NCBI GenBank assembly: GCA_038496445.1
Contig: JALMLS010000466.1
Span: 682,001 to 746,000 of the forward strand
DNA length: 64,000 bases
Direction of reading: 5' to 3'
DNA from: Trichosphaerium sp. ATCC 40318
Taxonomy: Eukaryota > Protista > Tubulinea
Below are positions 1 to 12,748 of this stretch, piece by piece (position 1 is the stretch's first letter; the number at the start of each line of letters is the position of its first letter). The notes under the pieces were generated by a model, which ran no database searches, had not been told where the DNA came from, and was given only the letters and a program-made list of their open reading frames with translations. The position numbers and the translations under genes were made by a program.

Positions 1-2
1 AG

Positions 3-140
3 TGCGTTCCACTTGAGTCAACCAAGAAGAAGGAAGAACCTGTAAAGGAGGATGATGAACAAAGAGAGCGCGAACGAATCCCTTGGGAAATGCCTGACAA
101 AGAGGAGCAAAGAACTTTTTTGGAGTGGCTTATGTCATAA
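3..140 (+). CDS. 3' end of a gene entering from the left edge (unknown product)
   Basis: Open frame ...KKKEEPVKEDDEQRERERIPWEMPDKEEQRTFLEWLMS* ending TAA at 138-140, followed by an AT-rich 3' region. Confidence 0.6.
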   Translation, partial: CVPLESTKKKEEPVKEDDEQRERERIPWEMPDKEEQRTFLEWLMS

Positions 141-533
141 AATGGGTTCTTTTGATAAATGCTAGCATAACTTGGTGCGAACAAGTGAAGAATTATTTAC
201 TTAGAATGTATTTGGCTAGTATTTAAATTAATTGTGTAAAAATAAACTACATGGATATCCATGTTTTGTCTTTGGTCTGTTGCGGATAGTATGTTTAGGA
301 ATTCAAAGGTATTCGAATATGCCATTTTTGTGTGAATATGGTACGCCAAAACAGTTTGTAACTTCAGAGCAGCTTTTTTATTATAATAACATCACTCTAC
401 ACACATTTTAAAATGTGTACAATTTTTCTAATTTACAAATTTTTATCTTCTTTTTTTCTGTTCCCAAAACAAAAAAACAAGATGCGTGACTTGTTTAACT
501 TTTTTCTCTTCAAAAAAATTAACCATTAAACAT

Positions 534-3500
534 CTACGATGTTATATCATCAAGAAGTTTATCTAACTCTGCGTCAGTGACACTTCCTAAAGCAAAAAAT
601 TAGAGACAAAGGAACAGGATGTGAGAAAAAAAAATACGTACTTAAATCAGACATAGTTGATTTGGATAGCTGTCTACTATGTAATGCTGGTGCACGTTGA
701 TTACCACCAGTAGTTCTTGGTGGTTGCTGTGCTTGCTTTGGCTTATTTCCATCAGCACCTACGTGCACATACTTGATAGGTAAATCTAAACAAAAAAGCA
801 GCCGTTAATGCTCAACTCTGAAAAAACTCTGTTTTTTGAGTTTTCTAACGTACTAGGATCGATGTGAGCTTTTGGGACAATATAACGTTGTCTTCCTGAT
901 GGTCTAAACCCAGTTCCCAGATCTTTCATAAGTCTGTTTACGTAGTCACCAGATACATCAGAAGATGATTTCTCCCAGTCGTTTAATGGCTGTAAAGAAG
1001 TCAACAACAGTTTCAAGAGAAAATATACTTACCCGGCCTGGATTTTGTTGTTGTCGTGTAGGCTGACTTACAGTTCTTGGAGCTACAGGCACCGATACAG
1101 GTTCAGGATCCCGTTTCTCTTGAGTTGGCTACAACAAGGTCAAAAATCGACTTTCAAGAGTGAAAATGAAGCTTACTGGTGTCCATGCTGCAGTTGCCCA
1201 AGCTCCGCCTTTTGAAGATGTACGTGATTGAGGAGGTCCCTCAGTGCGTTGTGGTTGTTTTGTACCCGCATTTGCATATACAGAACCTTGACCACCTCCA
1301 ACATGCGCTGTACTTTGTTGACGAAACCTAGAACTCTCTTGTCGCCTTTTCTGTACCATTGCTTGGGCAGCGCTTACACTCACTTGTCGTGGTTGTACTT
1401 GCGATATTCTTTGAACCTGTGGCGCTGATGCTTGACGCATATGTGAGCTACGGTTGGTATTGGCACTTGGTCTGGAACCACCCAAAGAGCGTTGTGAAAT
1501 ATGACTTTGTGGCTTAATATAAGCTGCTTTTTGTCCTGTTGGTCTTCGTGATACTCTGGACATTCTTGTATTTGGTGCTGCTACACCCATATTGACAGAC
1601 GGATTTCTTTGATTTCGTACAACTGGCTGTGATGGCTCTAACGGCATAAAACCGTTTCCTGCTTTACCCGTGTTCACAGAAACGCCAAACTGTCCTTCAT
1701 TGTTTGTTTGTGCAGGAACATTAGTTTCTGTGTGATTATTATTGGCGCCTGAAGGTGAACCAAGGTCCATCATTAACTCGGCAAGCTCTAGTAAAAAGAG
1801 TGAGTAACGCCACGCCGTTATTGAAGTGTACATACCATCATTGAATGCGCTGACACCTGTCATTCCTGATCCAATACTACATGTAGAAAGTGGTGGTGAT
1901 TCTGGAACGAGTTCATCAATAAGCTCATCTATCTTATTAGTTGAAATACTTGCACGTGGATCAAGCGTGTTGAAATCCTGCGGAAGGAGTAAGCGTGCGA
2001 ACAACAACAAAATTGTTTTTGGGCAAGTAAATTAAAAACAAAATGCCTCTTTTTCGACTTACCTTGGGTTGCACATTCCTTGTAGATACTCTTGAATTAA
2101 ATGTATCTCTGCGGTTTATGTCGTTATTATTAATTGTTGTCGGAGGGCCAGTAAACGACGGTACAGTGGCCTCAGAGTTTGATCTTGAGTGCTCCACCTC
2201 TAATTCTCCCAATATAGAATTTAATTCATTACTTGTTACAGAGCAAGCTTAAAAAAACGATTAGACACTGATGATAAGCGAGGAAACCAAAAGAAAAAAA
2301 GCAAGAAAATGCGATGTAGCACGAACCAGAACCAACTGAGAATCTAGTTGATGTAAAATTAAAATCAACACCATAAAGGGTGTTACGAATAGACTCTCTT
2401 TCATCTCCTGGGTCAACACCCATCATTTTTTGTGTATTTATACGTTCTTTGCGAAGTTGGCTTCTACCTCCATTTAGCACTGATATTAGTGCCAAAACAT
2501 CATCATCAGAAGCTGTAGATCCTACAGAGGCTATAGATTGAGGTCGTGATGGGCGCTAATTTGAGATTAGCTGGTTACATTTCATTCAAAACAAATTTCA
2601 AAAGAAATTAAACTAAAAACAAGTACCTCCGACGAGAGCTCCGCTAATAGATCGCCAACCTCACCTACTAAATCAGATATTGCTTCTTCAGCTCTGCCCT
2701 TATTTTTAAGGTTAATAGAGGGCTTATACAGTTAAGTTTGATGTACCCTTGATCCTACAGTCATTTCCATTTCGCCCAAGTTACCACCAAAATCATTATC
2801 ATCAGGCTCAACTGATTTTGTACTCAGGGGTTCCACCTGAGAGAATGAACGCGTGTTTACATCATACGTCAATTCCAAATCGGATATTCTGTAAAGGAGG
2901 TAAGTTGTGGCTCTTTTTTCAATTCTTTTTTTTTTGCGAAGTAAGATCGTACTTGTCTAGGTTAGAACTAAACTCGTTCATTGGTACAGGTTGCGTAGAA
3001 GTCGAAATGAACGATGCAGGTTCTGGCTCAGGTTCCGGTTCATCTACAATATAGTCTGCGTAGTCAATCTCATCTGGGTCTTTATCATGAGATATCTCTT
3101 CGTTTTCGAGAGTTTCTAGCATGGCGTCCATTTCTAGTTGAAACGCTGATACAGACTCTTCCTCATCGTCTTCAACTACCGCATTAGGTGTACTTGCGAC
3201 AGGCTCTATTTTGATGTTATTTTAGGTTGGTACAATAAAATTTGTTTTTTCCGCTTGCAACTGCGTGGTGTGGTGTAGCACGGACGTTTTGTGAATGTTT
3301 GTGTCAAAGACGATTCCTCAATGTCGTTTAAAAGATCATCAAGAGCACTACCTAAATCATCTAACCAGGTTAGCATTGAGTATTCCGTTACACAAGGAAC
3401 GTACTGTTTTCTTGTGGTACATTGCGTAAACTGGGCGTTGCGCTCTTATCTCCACCAAATTCGGCCAAAATAGCACCTACATCGTTCAATAGCCCTTGGC

Positions 3501-3676
3501 TTTTTGTGTTTTCGCGGCCAGCTATAGTTTGGTGAATACTAACCTATCGTACGTAATACTTACACCCTGTATCCACCTAAAACGTCATTTAGCATGTTAT
3601 TACGAATAAACAAGGCAGAAATCCTACTTACATCTAATTCATCCATGAAACTATCGAATTCAGCAAGTACACTCAT
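534..3676 (-). CDS. Large disordered protein with multiple LD-like amphipathic motifs (multi-exon)
   Basis: Spliced from MSVLAEFDSFMDELD (ATG 3676) through GT-AG introns to ...AELDKLLDDITS* (TAG 534-536); S/P/Q/T-rich linkers between repeated LDxLLxxL-like helices; middle exon boundaries are approximate. Confidence 0.65.
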
Positions 3677-4042
3677 GTTATTAGCTACAAATCGCTCTTA
3701 TGTGATTAAATTTCCGGAATTTGTAGTTAAACAGCAATTAGCAACTAAAAACGCCACAAGGTATTGTTTAAGATGCAATACGTATGATCCCAATTGAATC
3801 TAAATGACCAACTTTTTTTTTGTCGAAATTCCGTAAGATATGTAGATCTTAGTCTTACTTCAACAACCACTCAGTTAAGTGCATGACCAACAATTCACAG
3901 ATACAGTGTCGGCGTATTTGACAAGATAGGCAGAAGACCCAATTACACTACCAGGTAGACAGATTTCGTCAAAAATCACGTGATGATGAGTAAATACCTT
4001 ATGTTGCACGTTATTAACAATGTAGTACACATAATGACTTGT

Positions 4043-4487
4043 TTATTGTTCGCTCTCTGTTGATGCAAATACAGCATAAGAATTTGCTAGAAAATATAGA
4101 GCATTAAGACCTGCTGCCCAGTATTTGATAGGTTCAGCAATGTACTTGAACTGGGAGTACAATCCACAAGCGGAATAGATTGCTAACAATGTGTGGGCGA
4201 AAAGTACGTCCGTTTTTCTGTCATCATCATTTTGAAGAGCACGGAACGTGAGATATGATGAAAATAAGCCAAAGCCACTAATAAAGGCTCCAGGTAGCTC
4301 TGTTAAACAAATTAGGTTGTCAAAAAAAACGTTTACTACATAAACGATAGTACTACGCACTCCAGCTTCCGTCGTAAAGCCATGTCTCTAGTAACAAATG
4401 TTTGAACCAACCGTCATTAGAAACCCACTGATAAGCAAGAACAAGCGAAGCAGCAATGTCCAGTTTTAAAACGAGGCTCTTGCTCAT
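4043..4487 (-). CDS. Small multi-pass membrane protein, unknown function (1 intron)
   Basis: MSKSLVLKLDIAASLVLAYQW...GSWK|LPGAFISGFGLFSSY...; one gtgcgt...aacag intron restores the frame; 3-4 hydrophobic segments. Confidence 0.6.
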
Positions 4488-4646
4488 TGTGTAAGTTTTG
4501 TTTGAGCGTCCGTTAACCTAGGCTTTGTGTTTACGGCGGTAAATTAACGGTATGAAGGTATCGTACCTATTGTTTTGACACGAGTTGTGTACTGAGTGAC
4601 TTCATTAGACTCAGATTTTTTTTTGTTTTGAGCATTAATACTTGCA

Positions 4647-5056
4647 ATGTCGGTTGTACGGATATCGCAACCACTATTAGTTCGCGTAACTCTTGCACGA
4701 AGCGGATGCAATGCTCGTATGTGCTTTTATGAGCGTAATCATTTTCATTTACTGTATTTTAGATCCTAAAGTACGCAAGGTGCTCAAGAGTCTCGGACTA
4801 CGTAATTTACGCCCACATTCAACAATAATTCATAAAAACGTAAAACCAATCCGTGGTATGATACATATTGTACGTACAGATACTTTTGAAACTACTCCTA
4901 GCTAAATTCTTCAAGGCAAAAGCGTATGTGGACGTAAAGCCAATTTACGTGGAACGTGAAATACCTAGCGGCGAAGCCTTCTACAGGACGAACGTTTATC
5001 CAAATGACGCTAAACTAGTCGAAGAAGAGAAAAAAGAAGAGCAAGAGGAGCAGTAA
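4647..5056 (+). CDS. MRPL30: Mitochondrial ribosomal protein uL30m (2 introns)
   Basis: Spliced VRVTLARSGCNAHPKVRKVLKSLGLRNLRPHSTIIHKNVKPIRGMIHIAKAYVDVK matches the uL30 pattern (VTLxRS...LxxLGL...IRGMI). Confidence 0.85.
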
Positions 5057-5313
5057 CCAGTCCAATAACTCAAACTACGCGTACAGTACTGATTTAGAAG
5101 GGCCACTACATTCTTTTGGCTATCGCACTTCAACGCTTTTATCTCCATACTAAAACAATCGCTTCAATCTTATCCAGTGATGAAATAGCCTCAGTGTAAA
5201 ATAAATATGTCATTTACGAACAAATGAACAGAGGTACTCTAACAGACAACGTGTATCACCTCACCACGCCGTATAACGCAAACGCTGAAACTCTGAAATT
5301 TTTTTTAATGTTT

Positions 5314-6235
5314 TTAACTATTGTCAACAGCAGCACCTACGCCAATGATAGACCTTGTTTCAGGAGAAAAAGCATAAAGGAAATACCCACATTGCTCATA
5401 TCTACCAAAATATTGTCCTGTCAAGTGCTTAAAATTCCATCTTTTTGAAGAATCGCAGATTTCTTTAAATGCTTTTTGACATTTTTCAGTATTTGTCTTA
5501 AAATCACGGTAATCATCAGGGTACTCTTCTGCAATCCGTTTGTTCTCATCATTAATTTTTTTAAGAAACTCGTCAGTGTCAATCAGCCTGTTTTCAACGT
5601 CGTCAGGTAGGTTAAATCTACTTAAAATCTCCTTCAGTGCATTTTCAGACAAATTGTCTTCATCCTTTAGTTGAATATAGATAGCCTCCCATATTGGGTC
5701 ACAATTAGCTGTGTAATCTGGATAACGTGTTCCTTTTAATAGAGCTTCCCATTGAGCTGCAATCAACTTGTTACGGCATGTATGATACCAAAAAGAAGAG
5801 TCTTTTCCGTTGTCTTCAAGAATAAAATTTTTCCATTTGTCATCAGCTTCCGTTTCGCTTTCAACAATACCGTATTCTCCTTTAAAAAAAGGTTAGATTT
5901 CGGCCGTGAGCTGCATAAAAAACTACTACTTTACCTGTCGGGAGAACATAAATATATTGATCCTCTTCTTCAGTAAAAACATACTGGTCGTTAAAGTGGT
6001 ATGACCACATTGTTGGAGCTGGTTTGGCAAACGTCGTTTTAAACATTTCAAACCAATGTTGCTTTGTTTTCACTAATAACTCTCGCATGCGCTTCGATAG
6101 CGCCATGTAGGTATTTAGAGACTCTTTTAAAGAGTTGTGCTTGAAAATCTCTAATAGGAGCTCCGGAGGCATTGTCATGCTGCAAGATGTGTCTAATTGT
6201 TGCTTCTTTGAGGGCGGTTGTTCGGTACTGGCCAT
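5314..6235 (-). CDS. F-box protein with uncharacterised C-terminal domain (1 intron)
   Basis: N-terminal MPPELLLEIFKH...MALSKRMRELL...W F-box pattern; a gtaaag...ttaaag intron joins the 5882-6235 and 5314-5766 ORFs in frame. Confidence 0.75.
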
Positions 6236-7823
6236 TTTTGTCGTTTGAAAGTTGTGAGTATGTGTCTTTAGTTCATTGAACGAATTTTACTACCAAAATT
6301 CTTGGAAGTATAATTGTGTTGTACGCCATCAACACTGAGAGTAATTTTTTCGTTTTGAATACAACCACGTATCATTAAGTGACACCTGTCAAAATGTCAC
6401 ACTTTGATATGGAACAACTTTTTTTCAAAGCCGACCACAAGAATAGACAGACAACATGTAAGGTTATAGCACAGGTAACCAAGGTATGTACATAAAAAAT
6501 GTAGTTATGCGTGGTACTATGCTTTGTGGCCATTATACTCCAAGCCCGTTACCTCGAAAATGGTTGTTTTGCGGGCTAAGTCGAAACCCCGTCACTCGAA
6601 CTTGTACGGTTAGAAAAAATTAAGATTAAGATTTGTCACGTGATTTAAAATACCAAAACAGTACCTGGCAGCACTTTATGTGCGTAGTACTATATGTTGC
6701 CGTATTTTTGGCGTTATAAACCCTCACCTAAAAAAACCAAGTAGTCTTATACTATCTGATAGTGGTGCGACAGAACTACTTTAGTTTTCGACTTTTGGAA
6801 AAAAAAGTAGTACACCGTTTAAGCCGAACTATCAAAAAGATGTGAGCTTTCGGTCATTGTATTATGCGCGTAACAAAAAAAAAGCGGCGAACTGTTTCCA
6901 TACTGCAATTAATAGTTGACATTACTTGTTGCACAAACGACTCAAGCTGAAAAAAACGGAAGACCGAATTTACGACTGTTTCTGTCCCGTTGCACTCATA
7001 AGGTTCCTTGCGGAGAATGGTAGCCCAACTCTCTTAGTGGACGCCACGGAATGTCAACTTGCGTATGACTCAAGCTGCTCTAGAGAAAAATCAGCAAAGT
7101 GTTCAACGTGCAGTTCCATGACAAGGTGTGTAGCACAAGTCTAAAAATACATTTTTACTATGTAGTACTCAAGTTTTATTGGTTATAAAAGCAAGCACAA
7201 AGCATATTAAAACTGATGACAGCTACTTAAAGCGTTTTTACATGTACTGAAAATTATTAAAATAGTGTTAAACAATGTCTGATTTCAATTGATCGTTACG
7301 TTTATAGCGTTCAAGAACGCACCTGAGCGTCGCTGTGCTGTAAATACCTTCGGGGTATTAAATATGCCAGATTAGGAGGCGAGTAACGCAGCATCGCATT
7401 CTTATTTTACAAAATTAGCGAAATGCAGTTGCAAGCGCTGCATATGCGTTGTATAGTAATTTTACGCATAGTTGCAGTACACAATTTGAGTTTGAACCTC
7501 TTTTTGCCTAAAAAGGCAGAATTCTTCATGCCTTCCATACGCATGTCCTATCTTCGTAGAGCTTTATTTACGCTTGCAAAGTTGGTTAAAACTATGCAGA
7601 ATAGTTTTTGCTTACCCATTTCTTATTTCCCTTTTGTTTCGATGTTTTACGCCATTTCGACAAGTGATAGCGCTATAGAAAACTTTGTAGAGTACTTCAT
7701 AGATTTTCAAACAAAAACTCTGCCGTCATCGTTCAGAAAAGCGCCTTGAATGTTTTTTCAACTCCATCAACGACGTTAACAACAAGAAAAGGCATTAACT
7801 AGAAACAAAATTAATAGGCTCCA

Positions 7824-8695
7824 ATGCTATCACCACGTCAGACTTATAAGATTGCTGTACTTGGTTCTGGAGGTGTAGGTAAAAGCTGTGTCTCTATAAT
7901 GTTCGTTATGAACCACTTTGCAGAGGTTTACAAACCTACAATTGAAGGCTCGTAAGTAGTTAAAGACTTTTTTTATTTTGGAAACCTTCCTTTTTGTTTT
8001 CGGACTTTGCCATTTTTTTTTAACATGTTGTCATGTCTTGCTTTTGTCACTTGTCTTTTCGCCATCTCACATAATGTTAGGTTCAATAAACAACTTCATA
8101 TTGACGGACAACAATCTAATCTGAAGATCTTGGATACTGCTGGACAAGAAGAGTACGGGTAAGCTTTCACTAAGAACATTGTGTTATTTTTGGAAACAAA
8201 CTTTTTTTGCTAGAGCACTGAGAGAACAGTTTCTTCATCATGGAGAAGGATTCTTATTGGTTTACTCTATAACATCTGAAAAGAGCTTTGAAGAGCTAGA
8301 ATGTTTCACAGAGCAACTCTGTCAAGTCCGGGGTATTGATAGCTCTGAGCTCTCATCAATTCCGATAGTTGTTTTAGGTACGTTCTCATATTCTGTTTGT
8401 GAACACAAAGTCAGGTATTGTGCATTACTGTTTATACTAATACTGCGATGTAGGAAATAAATCAGATCTCTCTACCCTAAGAGAGGTCACAACCCAACAA
8501 GGAAGAGACTGGGCTTCAACAATAGACGCTGATTTCTATGAAGGATCAGCTCTCAACAGAAAAAATGTTGACGAGGCTTTCTGTCAAGTTGTAAGGCGTA
8601 TACGCCTGATCAGGGAGAACACAATGATTCCCAACCTGACCTATAAACAATCCAAGAAGGTTAAAAAAAAGAGAGGCTCTTGTACTTTAATGTAA
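7824..8695 (+). CDS. Ras-family small GTPase (3 introns)
   Basis: GSGGVGKS P-loop, YKPTIEGS switch [17 protein letters not shown], polybasic tail and CTLM CAAX box. Confidence 0.95.
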
Positions 8696-9105
8696 AAATG
8701 AGAAACAACAAAACAATCGTTGTAAAAAATAATAAAAGCGTGTACTTTACCTAAAAAGCCAGAATTCTAAAAATACTGTTTCACTTAATGACAAACGTAA
8801 GTTGATGTTCAAGCGGGATCACACTGAAGATCATCTTCGAGGTACACAAGAAAAGGTGCAACAATAGTATTTACAGACAAGTTGCTTCGAACAACTCAAT
8901 TAACTTGAAGACGAAAGTGTATTTTACATTACTTAAATCAGCGGTAGAGTAACCATATGTACTTGTTACAATAATGTTAACAAAACCAAATGTTTGTGAC
9001 ATGTTTATTTTACATTGAGTTCTCTGGGTACTTCATCAGTAGCTTTTTTGATTTGAATGACCATAAAAAAAAGGACGTCATCAGAAAAAGTGTGATGGTA
9101 GCTCA

Positions 9106-11468
9106 CTAATACTTGAAATTATCAAGAAGGTCGTCCCATATTTTACCCATTTTTGCTAATGCTTTTCTATGTGGGAGTTGGCTTTTTCTTTCTTCCTCCT
9201 TTCTTTTAAGCTCAGTCTTCTTCATTGAATCAACTACTTGGTCAACCAAGTTATCCCATTCTTTTGTACGTTTTGTATTATCTACTCGTTGTAATTCCAT
9301 GTAGTCCTTAAACACCATTAGATCAAAGAATCGAGGTTTAAATAGCAAACAAGAAAAAAAAAGAATAAACCAAAAACTTTTCAAATTGTGTGAAAAAAAA
9401 AAAGAGTCAGCGAAGCTAGCTTCACGTTCTCCTTCTTACCTTTGATGTCCAATTATGCCTTTCCTTATGTGTCTTCCCAAAATATACACGATATGGGCTC
9501 TCTATTGGAAAGCGATCAGAATTTCTCGTTGCATTATCTTCAACAGAATTAAGACCAGTCCTCTCTTTCATCCAGTACATAATTCGTTGATGTGGTAATC
9601 TCCTTTTTTCACGGAACCTCAATGTTATCATAGCAGATAATTCATCTGACAAGCTCAGAGGCCAAGAATTAGTCATTTGCTAGAAAGAAACAAAGTTAAA
9701 AAAAGGTGTAGCTAGAACAGGATTTTTAAGAATGAAATAAGAATGCTTTTCGAAAAGTTGTTTGGCTTTCAATGAAACAAAGAAATTATACCTGCATTAA
9801 CTCTTCTATGAGTTGAAAGTCATGCGGTAGTAAATTACGACGCAAAGCTGTTTGCGTAAACATATCGGCAAGGAAAACCATATGACCTTCCTGTAACATA
9901 AAGTTAATCATGTCTGTTTACCACAGAAAAAAAACCCAAAGAAACTCACCACTCCGTAATTACGGAACCTTCTAAGACAGAAAGTACCAAATTCTAACGC
10001 CAATACTTTTTCAATCCAAGCTATATCATGATCTTCCCACTCATTTATACCAGGTGAAGCAGATACAGCACCAGTTATAATTTCACGAAGGAATGCCATA
10101 TAAGCCCAAGGACCATGTTTTAGCCTTTAAACAAAGTTGTTTTAATTGAAAGAACTTTTTTGGGTTTTTCGTGTATTGAGCGACGTACCTTTCTGGTGTG
10201 GCATACTCCATTACTCCAAGGTTCCTTATGATCCAACACATATTATCAGTATCCAAATCTTCTTCTTTACTGATAGCAATCTTGAAAAAAAAAAAAAAGC
10301 ACTTAGTCATACACAACATCTGTTGTAATGCTTTATAGTACGTACTAGCATACCAATCTCCTTAGGGAGCCATTTTACAGATTGTGGGGTAGTCGGCATA
10401 CCTTCTTCATATGTCCGTACATCTTCAACAGGCAAGGACTGGGCAACACGGAAAATATCCTTTAAAAAAATGTAAATACATCATCCACCATTACTTTCTT
10501 ATCAAAGAACACTCACCACATCGCTCATTTGTTTTAACATCGTAGAAATTAAAGGTAACACCTGCCTTTCTCTCCATACTCTATGAATACCCATAGTCTT
10601 GAATAACCTTATACGCTCATCATCATTAAAACTTGTCATCATGAAATACTCGACTTTGTCCATATTAAAATCGCTTCTTTGATAAACACGTAATATAGCT
10701 TCTGCAGCATACTCAAGTTTATCATCTAGTTTTTTAAAAGCTGTAGCTAGAACATCTAATTCTCTATCACAAATTTCCCTATCCTCCACTGCAGATACTT
10801 CAAGTGTAAGGTCGAGAATATCGTTCAAAAGTAATGATACATTCTTGATGTTAGCCTTAAATTGGTCTTCCTAAAAAAAATGTCATTTTCTTTTTTTGAT
10901 TCCGTTCAATCACGTGTTGCACGTGTTTAGTACCTCTGTTAGTACTTTTAATTTATTCGAAAATGGTTCAAGCTGCTTTGCTAACAAACTATGTTGCACT
11001 TGCATCTGTGGAACTTCAATATTTGCTTTTTCCAAGTTTTTTGCAATACTCGCTTCTTTTTCTAAATCAAAGCCTAGATATGCATAATAAGCGCGTGTAA
11101 TTTGTGTACATGCGAGTTACTTGGTATGGTAGTGTCTAGCGCTTCAATTGGTTTTTCTTTTTCTTCTACCACTGCATTGGGGTTTTTTGAGTTGTTGAGA
11201 ACCATTGTAGACAGCTTTCGCTTATTAGAAGTTGTACAAAGTTTTAAGAAAAAATACGCACTTCTGGATCATCTTCTGGCGCTTGAGTTGATTGCCAGCG
11301 TACATGACTCAAACGATTATTTATTTTACGTCTACTACGTTAAAGTCAAAAATAAACTATTCCATGAGCTCACTCAGCGTACTTGGATACCCTGACGCGG
11401 TGTGATAGCGTTCGCGTCGTCTTAGGGGCGTATGAGCCATTTAACCGCGCAGATGTACGCAGCAACAT
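9106..11468 (-). CDS. Uncharacterised, probably mitochondrial helical protein (multi-exon)
   Basis: Arg/Ser-rich acid-free presequence MLLRTSARLNGSYAPKTTRTLSHRVRVSNRRKIINRLSHVRWQST; exon ORFs 10502-10828, 10083-10319, 9908-10099, 9422-9676 and 9106-9384 are joined by GT-AG introns. Confidence 0.6.
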
Positions 11469-11608
11469 CTACACACTCAGATTATGCGTAGGAGGGAAAA
11501 ACAACAATGTACAAGTCTGTCAGTCGCTGTTAAGTGGCGTTTCGTATTTCCTTCTGTAGAAACAAGATTGGAGAGATGATCAAACTCACCACGAGGATAG
11601 CGTTACAC

Positions 11609-12642
11609 TTATTTATTTTTTACAACTGGTACAAATGTAACGTCATTGTCACCAAGCTTGTAGTGGAGTCTTGGTAATGTCAACGATGCTTCTTTGGCAC
11701 GTAGAAACAACTAAAGCGAAGGTGTCATCAAACAGTAACATAATGTGTTGGTACCTCGCCGTCTGTATAGATTGTTTTCCCAGAGCTCAGACCAGTTACT
11801 TCCATCATTAAATCAGCACGATGACGAAGTGTTTGAAGAAGAACACCATCTGAGGAGTCACTGTGTGCAAGTACTATTAAGCAAGAACCCTACAAGTAAT
11901 TCATTAAATGAAAGCCACGCTCATCCTAGTTGTACCTCGCGCTGGCGTACTAAATTATCACAGTAGTTTAGAAAGTCAAGGAGTTCTGATATAGCCATCA
12001 AGCCATTATTTAGAGTGCTTCTAACAAAAAAATGACATTTGACACATTGAGAGAAAAAAGCACTCACATGTTGTCTACGAGGATGCAAAAAGGCCCTTCT
12101 GTACTCAGAGACTTTACAATAGTATTATACAGCTCTTTTAACGGGTGTCCTTCCTTAGGAAGTGTGAAAATGTTTGTGTTTGATGCGGAGTACATCTCAG
12201 GATGACTGCCTTCAACTGACTTTTGTGTTAGTACAAATACTTCTTGGTAACAAAAGGATACCTGTGACGCTTTCAGTCCAACTGTACGGTGCAGATAAGC
12301 CGTTAATAAAAACAAATTGTTTCTGTTTCACTGCACTGAGTAAATTAACACCCTTTACGTTATTAATGCGCGTAGAAGTGTAACGAGCGTACCAGTTTGC
12401 GACATACGGCAAAATAATGAGTAAACGCATTATCAGTGCTCACGAGCGTTACATGATGCTTGCTCTTTAGGTACAGTGAAATAAAGTTGTAAAAAAGAAA
12501 AGAGGCTTAAAACGCATAATTAGTTTCGAAATGACGATTGAAATGTACCATTCGCGTCTAGTGTATCAGTAATCGCGATAAACGGGAATTTGGGCAGTGT
12601 TTTATCTGACCACCCTAATTTACCGTTTAAACCCTTGTACAT
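11609..12642 (-). CDS. ELP6: Elongator complex subunit 6-like
   Basis: FIAITDTLDANASFLFYNFISLYLK...FTHYFAVCRKLGVNL...FVFINGL...CILVDN...LHYKLGDNDVTF, the ELP6 RecA-like pattern. Confidence 0.8.
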
Positions 12643-12748
12643 CACACTTCCCTCTACTTGACGATCGATTGGTAAAACGAACGTTTTCTGGCTGACTTAA
12701 GAGAACACGGCACGTGTAGATAAAACCAATTTACTCACTTTATACACT

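Noticed and set aside
5314-5480. NuiA-like nuclease-inhibitor domain at the C-terminus of the F-box protein
   Set aside because: The resemblance is limited to the last two strands and is too weak to support without a profile search
6300-7800. ORFs 6926-7144 and 7423-7749
   Set aside because: No recognisable motifs or convincing exon structure; more likely upstream regulatory or UTR sequence of the Ras gene
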